From contig CBDBHR010000025.1 of NCBI GenBank assembly GCA_965205865.1, positions 96,001-160,000 on the forward strand: a stretch of DNA of 64,000 bases. The letters run 5' to 3'. Below the pieces are notes generated by a model. It had not been told where the DNA came from. It ran no database searches and worked only from the letters and a program-made list of their open reading frames with translations. Origin of the DNA: a bacterium. Its GTDB lineage: Bacteria; SAR324; NAC60-12. The position numbers were made by a program, and so were the translations under genes. The first letter of the stretch is position 1, and each line of letters begins with the position of its first letter. This document shows, piece after piece, positions 42,305 to 53,400 of the stretch.

Positions 42305-42823
42305 AGAACCTGTTTGAAATAAGTTGAGCTTCCTATTGGAAGTGTTCCATGTCACATTCATTTTAAGAGAAATGAAGCCTTAATAACAAGTAGTGAACAT
42401 GGAACGTTCAGGTTATAACAGTGATGTCAGTGATAAACAATATCTCGGGAATTCCTCTCATGGTTAAAGTCACTGATGCCAATGCCTCCGATTCCAAAAG
42501 TGCTTACGATCTTTTGGAATCGATGTTTAGCTGGTTCTTTTCGATTCAGATGATTTGGGCCGACGGAGGTTATCGAGGGGAATTAGCCCAATGGTTATGG
42601 AATCGATTTCAATGTGAACTTGAGATCACTCTAAACCTCCAAGGAACGGGCTTTCAGGTCCTACCGAAAAGGTGGATCGTCGAAAGAACCTTTTCCTGGT
42701 TTGGATGGTATCGAAGACTCAACATCGATTATGAAAGAAAAACAAAAAACTCTGAAAACATGATCTATGTCGCTATGATTTGCTTGATGTTAAAGAGAAT
42801 TAAATGACTTTCAAACAGGTTCT
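42305..42823 (+). mobile_element. Internally deleted IS5-family element (transposase C-terminal half at 42421-42807)
   Basis: IR AGAACCTGTTTGAAA flanked by TA; WADGGY and KRWIVERTFSW. Confidence 0.85.
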
Positions 42824-42911
42824 TAATCTTTTGTGAATGGTTTGCTTGAGTCGGAGTCGGGGGCAGACTTCGCTGTGCAACCTGCAAAGTCTTACCCGGT
42901 TTTTTAAAACG

Positions 42912-43193
42912 CTAATAGTCACGAAAATTATTCAATCGATGCAGTCTCTCTTTTAGCATTGAAATTTTGTCATCAATCGAAGACCAGTCATCAAAGAGAT
43001 TTGCAGCAAGTTCTCTCAATGAATTCCGGTACTTTTGAAAGATTTGTGTTTCTTTTTCTTTAGGGGAAGCTACTTGAAGATCTCGGAGATAACTTTGGAT
43101 ACCTGTAAGCAGTCTTTCGCCAGCTTGAGATTCTATTTCTAAAACCGTGAGTTCCTTTTGACGATTGCGTTTGAAATCCTCTATGCTCATCAA
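42912..43193 (-). CDS. Hypothetical protein (93 aa)
   Basis: Overlaps the upstream ORF (TTGA); no recognised motif. Confidence 0.55.
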   Translation of the reverse strand: MMSIEDFKRNRQKELTVLEIESQAGERLLTGIQSYLRDLQVASPKEKETQIFQKYRNSLRELAANLFDDWSSIDDKISMLKERLHRLNNFRDY

Positions 43194-43381
43194 GAACTCA
43201 ATTCAGCAAATTTACGTTTTGCAATCTCCCGCTTTTTTTCTAATGTTTCAATTCTTAATTTCATTTCTTCCATGAATTCATCATCATTTGCCACTTGAGA
43301 AAACTCTTGTTCTGTCAGTTCTTCCAGTTTTTCTTGAGAAGGTGTTTCTTTCTGTTTAGCTTTTTTTTGTAGATTTCCCAT
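43190..43381 (-). CDS. Hypothetical charged protein (63 aa)
   Basis: RBS GGAGA before ATG; coupled to the next ORF. Confidence 0.55.
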   Translation of the reverse strand: MGNLQKKAKQKETPSQEKLEELTEQEFSQVANDDEFMEEMKLRIETLEKKREIAKRKFAELSS

Positions 43382-43649
43382 GTATTCTCCCGAAATACAA
43401 TTCTATTTTTTGAATATGGTCTCGACTCTCTTTTACCGCGAGCTGTCAAAGCTTATACCGTTTATGTATTGAAAATATACATTGTATGTCATCTCGACGA
43501 ATGAGAGATTTTTAAGAACTACAGTGGTTTAAACAGATCTCTCACTTGGTTTGAGATGAAACATAATGTTGGGTTTCAACTCATAAACCATATTATATTC
43601 TCTATATTACCACATACCTACTAGCAAGACACGTTTTTAACCGGTTCAA

Positions 43650-43750
43650 GTGCAAGTGATCGTTTTCGTCTGCAAACCCGTTATTTTATTGATTCGGGAG
43701 TGATTGGTTCCAAAATGTTTGTTGAGCAGCACTACCAAGAATTCCAGAGA
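43650..43750 (+). pseudogene. C-terminal remnant of a Y1/RAYT-like transposase
   Basis: DRFRLQTRYFIDSGVIGSKMFV. Confidence 0.5.
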
Positions 43751-43774
43751 AAAGAAAAGGGAAATGTTTTTGAA

Positions 43775-44028
43775 AAAAAAAGGGGGCAGATTTATTTTAC
43801 ACAGCACCTTGCATCGTTTTGGCTTGCCGATAGGAACCTATTGATTGCAGCCCAATGGGTTTGTATTTTCAGACGCAATGCTTGCGTCCCTCTTTCGTGA
43901 GGAGAAGGAGGCACCGGAATATTAGGGAAGGGGCGTTTTAAATATCGAGAAAAAAAGCAGGATTGAGAATGCAATGGCAGGCACAAGGACGACCAAAAAG
44001 CAGAAAATAAATCTGTCCCCTTTTTTTC
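43775..44028. repeat. Inverted pair of the AAATAAATCTGTCCCCTTTT motif (third copy near 22911)
   Basis: AAAAGGGGGCAGATTTATTT at about 43777 and AAATAAATCTGTCCCCTTTT at about 44006. Confidence 0.7.
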
Positions 44029-44416
44029 CATGGGAACAAAAAAGGCATAGAAAAAATGATATCAATGAGAATGAATATTTGGAGTTTTGGTTAAGCAAAT
44101 CTCCCCGTGGAACGAATAGAAGCCGTCGAATTTTTGCGTAGACAGTATCATGGAAATCAATACTCGCACCCTGGCAAACTAAATCATCTTTATGCAATTC
44201 TATGATTATTTGAAATTATTTGAAATTATAACCTATTTATATTATTATTTTTAGTCAATTTATTCACAAAAAAATCGGATCGGTCTTAAAAAAGTATTGA
44301 TTTATTTCTGGATATAAAATATTTTCCCCAAATAGTCGCTATTGAGAAATAGCTTTTCGCCGTCTGCGGTCAGCTATCAGTCAGGATGACATGAAGGTCT
44401 AAAATTAACCCGTTTC

Positions 44417-45370
44417 GTAACTATTCAGGTATCTTCAGAGAGCCCTTCGATTTAAGCACGGATTTTTCATTGCATGAAATACAGAAAGGATTTTATGCTC
44501 TCGAAAGTTCAAAAATATATTGATTCCATTTCATCGACTCCCCAGCTCGAGGCTCTTCAAGAAGCCTGTCAACTCTTTGAAAAAGAACGAGAGCAATGGA
44601 AGCAAGAGCGCTTAGAACTCCTCAAACGTATTGAAGTTCTCGAGACAGAAAATAAGCGTATTGAAGCGCTCGAAGTAGAAAATAAGCAACTTCGGGACCG
44701 GCTGGCTCTCAACAGCCAAAACTTGAGCAAGCCACCATCCACCGATGCAAGTCGCAAGAGTAAAAGTTCAGGTAAAAACAGGGGTCGCTCTCGCGGAGGG
44801 TTCCCACACGATCGATTAAACTATATCGTGGGAGGTCAACCCGGTCATAAAGGCCATCATTTGGCTTTCAGTGAATCGCCAGCTCGTATGGAACCTCATT
44901 TTGTCAACACCTGTGAAGCCTGTGGGAAAGACTTATCCAAGGTCTCGGTTGAGTCCACGCTTAAACGTCAGGTGTTTGATCTCCCCTCTCTGCAATGAGA
45001 GGTTACCGAACACCAAGTGGAACAAAAAATTTGTCCCTGCTGCGAGCATTTGAATCACTCGACGTTTCCGGCAGGGGTGTCAGCACCGACTCAATATGGT
45101 GCGAGAATCAAAGGCTTAGCCGTTTATCCGTAGCACTATCAATTTCTCCCCTTTGAGCGATGCCGTTAATGCTTTGAAGATCTTTTCGGCCAGTCTCCCA
45201 GCGTAGCCACGATTCATGAAAGCCTCCGGCAAGCAGCCCATTCGCCGCATCCCTTGCAACAACAAGTGGCTTTGATTCAATCCCCGCTCGTTCATTTTGA
45301 TGAAACGTCTCTGTTTGAAAACAAACAACGTCGCTGGCTTCGCTCGGCCTCGAGCAAGCAGATGACTTTT
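44417..45370 (+). mobile_element. Degenerate IS66 copy (left IR plus broken transposase)
   Basis: GTAACTATTCAGG; homology to 33332-34852 with stops and frameshifts. Confidence 0.88.
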
Positions 45371-45371
45371 T

Positions 45372-45909
45372 CCTAAGTTGAGCGATTCGTAATAAAAAAG
45401 CTCCCAACCTTGGGGAAAATGTGTTATATTTCAGTGAGTAAAAACAATATCACGACAAAATCTAACACAACCCAACAGGTAGAGAGCTTTATGGGAAAAA
45501 ATATAACAGTTCAGGATAAAAAGAAACAGATAATTGATGCCATTCAGCCAACCGATGAACACTTGACAAGTCGTGCCGGATTGGCCTTGTTTGCCCAGTA
45601 TCCGCAAAACATTCGGCTGATGCCGATCATCGAAAGGATGTTTGGTTCGATGCCTCCTCGCATGCCGTGAAAAGATTTTTTGGAAAGTTCTCTTTTGTAC
45701 GAGTCTACCTGTTCCGTCATCTGCTGCAGATACTGTTTATCCGGAGACTGAAGAAGACTTTCCACATCTGAAAACAGCATATTGATGCTCATTCTCACTC
45801 AAACATCCATGGATTTGATGATCAAAATCTGATTTCAGAATGATTGCCTTTCTCAGGCAAAAAAATCATCTTGAAAATCTGATCCTTTTTTAGAATCGCT
45901 CAATTTAGG
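45372..45909 (+). mobile_element. Deleted derivative of a second IS1380-type element
   Basis: IR CCTAAGTTGAGCGATTC / GAATCGCTCAATTTAGG; N-terminal LTSRAGL fragment; related end at about 57425-57441. Confidence 0.7.
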
Positions 45910-46270
45910 CTACTATAAGGGGTATGGAGACACCACACCCCGGGGGATGTACGGTCTTGAATTCACCGGGTATTATGTCCCCTTTGAAGAGTGGCCCGAA
46001 GAGGTCAAAAAAGCCCATACCTATGACCCGGAAGGGGCGAAAAAGCTGCTGGCGGAGGCGGGCTACCCCGATGGATTCAAGACCGATTTTCTCTACGGTG
46101 CGCGCTACGATCCGAGTTACGCAGAATTTGCCGCCGAATATTGGCGTCAGGTTGGGATTGATCCCTCGATTAGATTCAATGTAAGTGCTGCCGATCTTTA
46201 CGCTGATGTAAGAGCTGGTAATTTTGGAACCTTGCTAAACTTAGCGGGCGTGAGGGCGGATCCCATGACT
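45910..46270 (+). pseudogene. Internal fragment of a sixth family 5 SBP
   Basis: YYVPFEEWPEEVKK..TYDPEGAKKLLAEAGYPDGF, similar to SBP 5. Confidence 0.8.
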
Positions 46271-46289
46271 CAAAGTGAATGCCTTATTT

Positions 46290-48400
46290 TTAAATCCAAT
46301 TCTCTATTCTCAATCCTTTAACTCTTTGAAATTCAGCTTCATTGTTTGTAACTAGCGTCGAATTTAAACTCAAAGCATGTGCTGCTATTAATAAATCTTT
46401 ATTTCCTGTTATTTTCCCTTTTTTCTCTAAAGCCGTTTTAATTATACCATATATATCCGCTGCTTTTTCTCCAAATTGAAGAATTTCAATGGGAGCAATA
46501 AAGTGATTTAATTTTTCTTTATTTTTTTTTACATACTGACTCTTATACACACCATGACTTAATTCCGCATAAGTGATTGAAGAAACCCCGATTTGCCCAA
46601 CATCATATCTTTTAAACTCTTGACTAAGACACTGAGTGGCTTTCTGCAATTAGTCATATATCCTAAATCCTGCAGGTTTAGATGATCAATCAAACATGGA
46701 AATGGTATTTATACTCAAATAGTTAACACCAGAATCAACATTTTAAGAGATCACCATTACCATGAAAAACAAACGTAGCGCAAGATCGGCAAGAACGACA
46801 GCAAAAAACATCCATATCAGCCAGGGAGGCAGCAGACCTGACCGCGCAAGCAGGCTTGATTCCGGTTGTCAAATTTTTTCACAAAGAAGGGATTGTTTCA
46901 AAGACAGAGCAGACCGTAGATCATCGGCGTGGCGCCACGGGTCTTTATGACGCGTGTGGACATGGTCATTTTGTCGGTGGTCGGCATTGTTGGTGGCGCC
47001 AACAGTTCGATTCGTTCGATTGTGACAGTTTGGAACGACCGTGTTTTGAGTCGTGTGGCCGGTTGGCTGAGGATTCCGGATGAAACCACATTCGGCCGGA
47101 TACTGCGTACTTTCACACAGAAAAACATCAATGAGATGGAGAGCTTGAACCATCGGATTCGAGCCGGTATCTGGCGTAAGGCGCTTCGAAGTGGGACAAG
47201 CATCGTTGGGGTGTTACACTGTCTTGTGATTGACGTGGACTCCACTGTGAAAACGGCCTACGGCAAGCAGCAAGGAGTGTCTGTCGGATATAATCCCCAC
47301 AAACGCGGTGCAGCTTCGTATCATCCTCTGCTGGCATTTTGCGCAGAGACAAAGGAGATTCTTCAGGGTTGGCTTCGTGATGGGAGTGCCTATACCAGCA
47401 ATGGAGTCGTTGAATTCATGCGGCAACTTCTCGCTCACCTTCCAAATCGGACTCGCACTCTGTTTCGTGGAGACAGTGGTTTTTTTGTGGGGGATTTGCT
47501 GGATTTCCTCGAAGAACGAGGCCATGGCTATCTGATCAAGGTCAAACTCAAGGGGCTTGTCTCGTTGTTGGAAACCCAAAAATGGCAAAAAGTGAAGGGG
47601 CAGCCCGCTTGGGAAGGGTGTGAGTTTTCCCACCAATGTGAAACTTGGAGGAGGTCAAGAAAATTCATGGCCGTACGCAGGGAGAAAGAGGAGGAACTCA
47701 AAGGGATGGCCACCCTCTTTGAGATGAAGGAGTACGATTATTTTTGTTATGTTCTCACTGACGCGCTCACTCCCTGGCAGGCTCACAAAGAGTATGGCCA
47801 AAGGGCGGTCGCTGAGACATGGATTGAGGAAGCAAAAAATCAAACTGCGCTGGCTCAGATTAAAACCGACGATTTTTGGGCCAACAGTGCCTTGTTCCAA
47901 TGCGCGATACTCGCTTACAACACGCTGCGCTGGATGGCCCTTTGTAGTGGTAACGCAATACTGCGCCGTTGGGAACCGGCCACCATGCGCACCTATCTTG
48001 TCCGAATGGCAGGAAAATGGACGAGTGGCGCTCGTCAACAAAAACTGAGAGTTCCGGAAAGAACACTTTACAATGCTCAATGGGATGCATGGGTCGCTGT
48101 TGGAGAGACCTGGATCCTTTGTTTCACTCCAGTGGATACATTTTGCTGAGATGTAGATTCCCAAATCCAGGGAGAAGTACGTCTTGAATCTTGTGCCCGC
48201 GAAAGCGGGTATCAGATCATCACAAAATATGACGATCTAATGGAGGGCGGAAAAACCTTTATGAGCAAGGACTGATGGAAATTCAACTCTCAAATCCTTT
48301 TTTTTAAAAAAACCTCTCAAAGAGTGGGGGGAAACTCAATCAAAATATTCAATTGCAGGATTTAGGTATATATACAAATATTGGTATCCAACAGAATCAT
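46290..48400 (-). pseudogene. vapC: VapC PIN-domain toxin interrupted by IS1380
   Basis: MILLDTNICIY at 48400-48367; SSITYAEL, DLLIAAHA, LVTNN..EF, IENW at 46290-46660. Confidence 0.92.
46662..48366 (+). mobile_element. IS1380-family element, copy 4 (indels in the 5' part)
   Basis: IRs (left imperfect); TSD TATAT; transposase 46762-48149 frameshifted. Confidence 0.93.
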
Positions 48401-48627
48401 TCGATTTCTTCTCTTATTTTAAATTCCATAGAATCACGTTTTACCATGAAATCATCACTAACTGTTTCTAAAGATTCCCACATTTCTTCCCATGGGTTTT
48501 TTTCAGGAATAATAACTACCATATTTCCCATTTTTTTTAAGAAGACTTTTTTACCTTCAAAACGGAATTCACTCGGTAATCGAATTGCTTGTGATCCACC
48601 GTTTTGAAAAAGTTTTGCTGTTTTCAT
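48397..48627 (-). CDS. vapB: VapB antitoxin (AbrB/SpoVT type)
   Basis: KTAKLFQNGGSQAIRLP.EFRF; ATGA overlap with vapC; GTATATA/TATATAC operator-like repeat upstream. Confidence 0.93.
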   Translation of the reverse strand: MKTAKLFQNGGSQAIRLPSEFRFEGKKVFLKKMGNMVVIIPEKNPWEEMWESLETVSDDFMVKRDSMEFKIREEIE

Positions 48628-49039
48628 TTTCACCTCATTGATTTTAAGTATATATAGTATAGTATATACATTTTTAATTGTCAATACTCTATTTTGGCTA
48701 ACAAGTCGTTAACTCGTTTCTGTATAATTTGATATTCTGAAAACCGCTTGACAAGCCATAGGGCGATGCAGTCCAATTTTCTAACTGGATAATATCACAG
48801 AATGATTAGTTATACAGAAAAATGGATCATGTTCATGATAAAGGTCCCTTCTCAAATGACACGCTTATTAGAAACGGTTTCAGATCAGATACTTCCTCTG
48901 CTTCCGCTCGTTCCATAAAGGGGGTGGCATACTCCATCATGGCTTGAGAGATAGAAATGGGGCGAAATCCATCCGGCAGCCGTTTTTTCCCCTAACCGCC
49001 CCCTGGACTCAAACAGGTCGCGGCCAGAGCAACCCCTAA

Positions 49040-49150
49040 GGAAATCCGCGCTCCATGGATCAGGCGGCTCAATAAGTCCCGCCCGACGTGGTCGATCCCG
49101 AGGATATACTGGGCCGAGGCCTCCTGCATCCGGTCTCTCAAGTGGATTTT
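49040..49150 (-). pseudogene. Remnant of permease C of operon 5
   Basis: HLRDRMQEASAQYILGIDHVGRDLLSRLIHGARIS. Confidence 0.75.
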
Positions 49151-49212
49151 ATTATGAGGACTGAAGTTTAGACTGATGCCCTAACAGCCTTCCCCCTTCA
49201 GCCTAATCCCCT

Positions 49213-50169
49213 TCACTCATACCTTACCCTCGGGTCCAAATAGGCATAAATGAGGTCGATGATGAGATTGTTCAACAAAACGATGCAGGCGAAAAACAGG
49301 TTGACCCCGGAGACCACCGGGTAATCCCGGTCCGAGAGGGCATCCACCAGGAGACGACCTAAGCCCGGAAGGTTAAAGAGGTTCTCCATGATGACGGCGC
49401 CCCCGACCACGAGAGGCAACTGCAAGCCGACCAGGGTGACGACCTGGATGAGGGCATTTTTGATGGCGTGTCTCAGCACGACCGTTTGTTCCTTGAGCCC
49501 CTTGGCCCAGGCGGTGCGGATATAGTCCTGCCGGAGTACCTCCAACATCATGGTGCGCGTCATGCGCATGGTGCCGGCCGAGAGAGCCGTCCCCAGAATC
49601 AGGCTGGGAATGACCAGGATCCCCAGGTGGCCCCACGGGTCTTCGGCAAAAGGCACCAGCTCCATCGGGGGCGACCAGCCCCACCAGATGGCCGGGTAGA
49701 TCATCACCATAATGCCCAGCCAGAAATTGGGAGTGGCCAAGCCGAGGATAGCGAGGATGCGGCCCGTGTAGTCCGCGACCGTATCCTGGCGAATCGCCGA
49801 GTAAATGCCGACGGGCAGCGCGATCACCAGCCCAATGAGGATGGCCAGGACACCCAGCTCCAGGGTGACGGGCAAGCGATCGAATAGCCGCTCCTCTACC
49901 GGCCAACCCCCCATCAGGGATTCGCCCAGGCTGCCGCGCAGGAAGATCCCTCCCATCCAGCGGCCATATTGTACCCAGACCGGCACGTCTAATCCCAGCC
50001 TCCGCTCGACAGCTTCACGGTCAACCTCGCCCCCCGCAAAATCCATCCGACTGACCATGACATCGATGACATCGCCTGGGAGGAAACGCACCGAGAGAAA
50101 GACCAGGACGGACAAGAGAAACAGGGTGGGGATGAGCAGCAAGAGCCGCCTGGTGAGATAGGCACTCAT
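49213..50169 (-). CDS. Opp/Dpp-type ABC permease B
   Basis: PGDVID, DYIRTAWAKGL; RBS GAGGAGG before ATG at 50169. Confidence 0.93.
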   Translation of the reverse strand: MSAYLTRRLLLLIPTLFLLSVLVFLSVRFLPGDVIDVMVSRMDFAGGEVDREAVERRLGLDVPVWVQYGRWMGGIFLRGSLGESLMGGWPVEERLFDRLPVTLELGVLAILIGLVIALPVGIYSAIRQDTVADYTGRILAILGLATPNFWLGIMVMIYPAIWWGWSPPMELVPFAEDPWGHLGILVIPSLILGTALSAGTMRMTRTMMLEVLRQDYIRTAWAKGLKEQTVVLRHAIKNALIQVVTLVGLQLPLVVGGAVIMENLFNLPGLGRLLVDALSDRDYPVVSGVNLFFACIVLLNNLIIDLIYAYLDPRVRYE

Positions 50170-50239
50170 CAGACACACCTCCTCAGGTATAGGGACTTCT
50201 CCAGTTTTTGGATAAACCATTTTGGCCGATTGTGACGGC

Positions 50240-52300
50240 CTACTTCAGATCCTGATCAATCCAGAGGCGGGTGAGAACCTGTGTATACTCCTCTGTCAGG
50301 TGCCATTCACCGTTCCAGCCTTTGACCCACGGATTGGCCGCTTGAAACGCTGTCTGTAACGGGCCCCAGACCTGAAACTGATTGCGTATCAAGAACATAT
50401 CGTACAATTTAGAGAACCTCTGCCGTTGCTCAATGGTGGCCGCGGCATAGTAGCCCTCATACGCGGCGTCCAACTCCGGTTCGGGAAGTCCGCCGGCCTG
50501 CTCTCGCTGAAACACGGAGGTATGCCGATAATAACTAAACGCGTATTTAGGAGCTGAGCCCAGTTGTCCGCTGGACATCTCGTACGTATGGTCTCCTCTA
50601 CCAGCGACCCACGTAGGCGTATCAACTGCATTGATCTCTACATCAACACCAATCGCATCCCAGTAGCCTACAGCTATTTCTACATAGCCCAGATCGTAAA
50701 GGTCGCGGAACTGCAGGGTGGTCTTAAATCGAACGCCGTCCGCACCACGCGGATATCCAGCCGCATCGAGCAACGCTTCTGCCCCTTTCGGGTCATAGGT
50801 GTAGGTTTTCTTGACCTCTTCGGGCCACTCGTCAAACGGCACATAATATCCCTTCACAGCAACGCCGACGAGTCCCTGGGGTTTCCACATTGCCCAACCG
50901 CTATAATAGGTCTCGTTGATCGTTTCCAGGTCCAGTGCCATCTGCATGGCCTGGCGTACCCCGATGTCGTCAAAGGGCGGGTTACGCCTGTTCAGATTAA
51001 TACTGTTATTGGAAAAGAGGGGGACAGGGTGTATCTGGAGCTCGGGGTTGGTCTTCTGGAGGCTCTTTACCACGTCGACGGATTGTATCCAAGCGAAGCC
51101 GCACAGTAGATCAATCTTGCCCGAGCGAAGTGCCGCCAGGCGTGTTGCTTTTTCCTTTATGAACAGGCTCTTGAGCTCGTCGACATAAGGCAAGCGGTTC
51201 TCCGGGTATTTTTCGTCGTGGCCCCAGTAGTCAGGTATCTTGGTGTGGGTTATGGAAACGCCTTCGCTCCAGTCAGTCAGCATGAACGGCCCGGTGCCGA
51301 CCATGTTTCGCCAATCCTTGTAGTCGCCATGTTTTTCGATTACCTCAGGGGGTAGTATCCAAGCGTTGAGATCGCTAAGGGAACTAGTTAGCGCATCGAG
51401 GGATGGCCGCTCCAGCTTGAAAACAACCGTATGTTTGTCGGTGGCCGTGATCGATTCGACTGGCAGGCTGGCCATCGTGTATTTCCAGTCTGAAGTTTCG
51501 AACTCGCCGAAACCCGCAGCACGCTGAAGGCTATACACGACGTCATCGGCGGTGAGCTCGCGACCGGACATCGGTGGCTTGTCGTGTCAGCGCACGCCGC
51601 GGCGGATGTGGAAGATGATCGTTGTGGCGTCAGGAGTTTCCCAGCTTTCTGCCAGATTACCTCTTAGGGCAGATGCATCGGGGACCACACTCTTGTAGTC
51701 AGATATGTCCCTATCCAGTACCCAGTCCGAGATGCCGAGCTTCTCATTAACGGGACCTATGAGATGTCGGATAGTGTGGCCCGAATAGAACGGGTCAGTA
51801 TTCTCAACGAGATTGGGATGAACAACGGTCAGAGTCCCGCCATACTCGGGCGCGGTCACCATTTTGCCAGTGCTGGGGTCCGTCACCATCTTTTTATCAG
51901 CCGCGACGGCTGCCGGGCTGACCCAGAAGGCGACCACCATCAGGGTGAGCAACAAGGATTGCATTTTTGCAGCAGACCAGAAGCCTGCAGGGTTCAGCCC
52001 CACGACGGAGGCGACAAGTTTATTTACAATACTCATAATAACCTCGTTTAATTGAGGGTGGCGAGAACGATTCACCCACCATGGGGCGAATCCGATTTTC
52101 GCGGCAGACACGACGTCTGCCACGATCAGCCCCACGACGGGGGCGAAAAGTTTCTTCAAATACAAATGGACTCCTTTACAAGAAATTGAAAATAATTCAC
52201 CCCACCATGGAGCGAATCGGTTTTTTGCGGCAGACAAGGCGCCTGCCACGGTCAGCCCCACGATGGAGGCAACGATTTTCTTCATAATAATTTTTTTCAT
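50240..52300 (-). pseudogene. ABC transporter family 5 solute-binding protein 5, in-frame TGA at 51587-51589
   Basis: RRGVR*HDKPPMSGREL, where an aromatic residue is expected; both ORFs are in the same frame. Confidence 0.88.
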
Positions 52301-52312
52301 TTTATCCTCATT
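51960..52312 (-). repeat. Three tandem RBS plus signal-peptide-like units of about 125 bp
   Basis: Repeated CAGCCCCACGA(C/T)GG core; V(A/P)..VGL..A...SAAK three times. Confidence 0.8.
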
Positions 52313-52640
52313 GATTTAAAATTAGAAAAAACAAATCCAAACAATCTGCAGAAAAATGCAATAACAATTAATGATTGGGAAAAATAGGCGAATCGTTTCC
52401 GCTTTATGTTGATCTCCTGATGAAAAAATGAACGAAAAAAGGACAGGGATCCATGATTTTCCAAATTCCCCCTTGCCCTTCTTTTCCCGGAATTTGGAAC
52501 TTGGAATTTAGAACTTGGAACAAGGAATCTCAAGGATCTCTCCCTGAGGTCGAGATAACATAAGAGGGTAGAACCCAATGAACCTGTACAGTTGGGCCTT
52601 GGGCCTTGGGACTTGAAATTCGGGCCTTAGAACCTAATAC

Positions 52641-52910
52641 TTGGGACTTGGGACTTGGGACTTGGGACTTGGGACTTGGGACTTGGGACTTGGGACTTGG
52701 GACTTGGGACTTGGGACTTGGGACTTGGGACTTGGGACTTGGGACTTGGGACTTGGGACTTGGGGGACTTGGGACTTGGGACTTGGGACTTGGGACTTGG
52801 GACTTGGGACTTGGGACTTGGGACTTGGGACTTGGGACTTGGGACTTGGGACTTGGGACTTGGGACTTGGGACTTGGGACTTGGGACTTGGGACTTGGGA
52901 CTTGGGACTT
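52641..52910 (+). repeat. Heptamer tandem repeat (TTGGGAC) x about 38, one unit with +GG
   Basis: Direct reading; degenerate heptamers at about 52490-52520 and 52592-52640. Confidence 0.97.
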
Positions 52911-53085
52911 ACTTGGGAATTAATTTTACTCGCATATCAACCTCTTTTCAAGATTTTTTTAAATTTGACTACTCACCTGATTGCCCTTCGCTTCTTGGGA
53001 ATAGATATTTAGAAGCTATTTGGATAAAAAATTGCATTTCTTCTAATTTTCATTTTTTTTAAAAAGAGATTCAGAGACTATCTTG

Positions 53086-53400
53086 GAAAAAATTAACATT
53101 GAATCTTTCTCAGGTCAAACACTTTTTGTTGCAATCGATGCCCATAAGAAGAGATTTGCCTCAATTCCACGGACTTTCATGATTTTGCCTGCTCTTTTTT
53201 AAAACCCCGTAAACCAATGTCAACACTTTTTTTCAGTGATTCATATGGTCAACGCATGAAACAGACAGTTTGCGAGGGCTTGATAAAAATGAAGATTCAC
53301 AAACAAACAACCCTTACGCAGGAGAATGTTATGGAAAAATTAACACTGAATCTTTCTCAGGTCAAACACTTTTTGTTGCAATTGATGCGCATAAGAAACC
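53086..53400 (+). pseudogene. Two copies of a probable IS110 transposase N-terminal remnant
   Basis: About 65 bp repeat (53086 and 53333) translating FSGQTLFVAIDAHKK. Confidence 0.5.

Noticed and set aside
51587-51589. TGA recoded as Trp or Sec in SBP5
   Set aside because: TGA is a normal stop in many genes here and the partner permease C is also destroyed; a nonsense mutation is simpler
33248-52560. Scattered GTCATC...GATGAC-type hairpins (about 33250, 42280, 43490-43560, 52535)
   Set aside because: Short degenerate REP-like palindromes; no array or cognate gene to support a system
52606-53062. LGLGTWD-repeat ORFs
   Set aside because: Automatic product of a 7-nt repeat open in all three frames; no RBS
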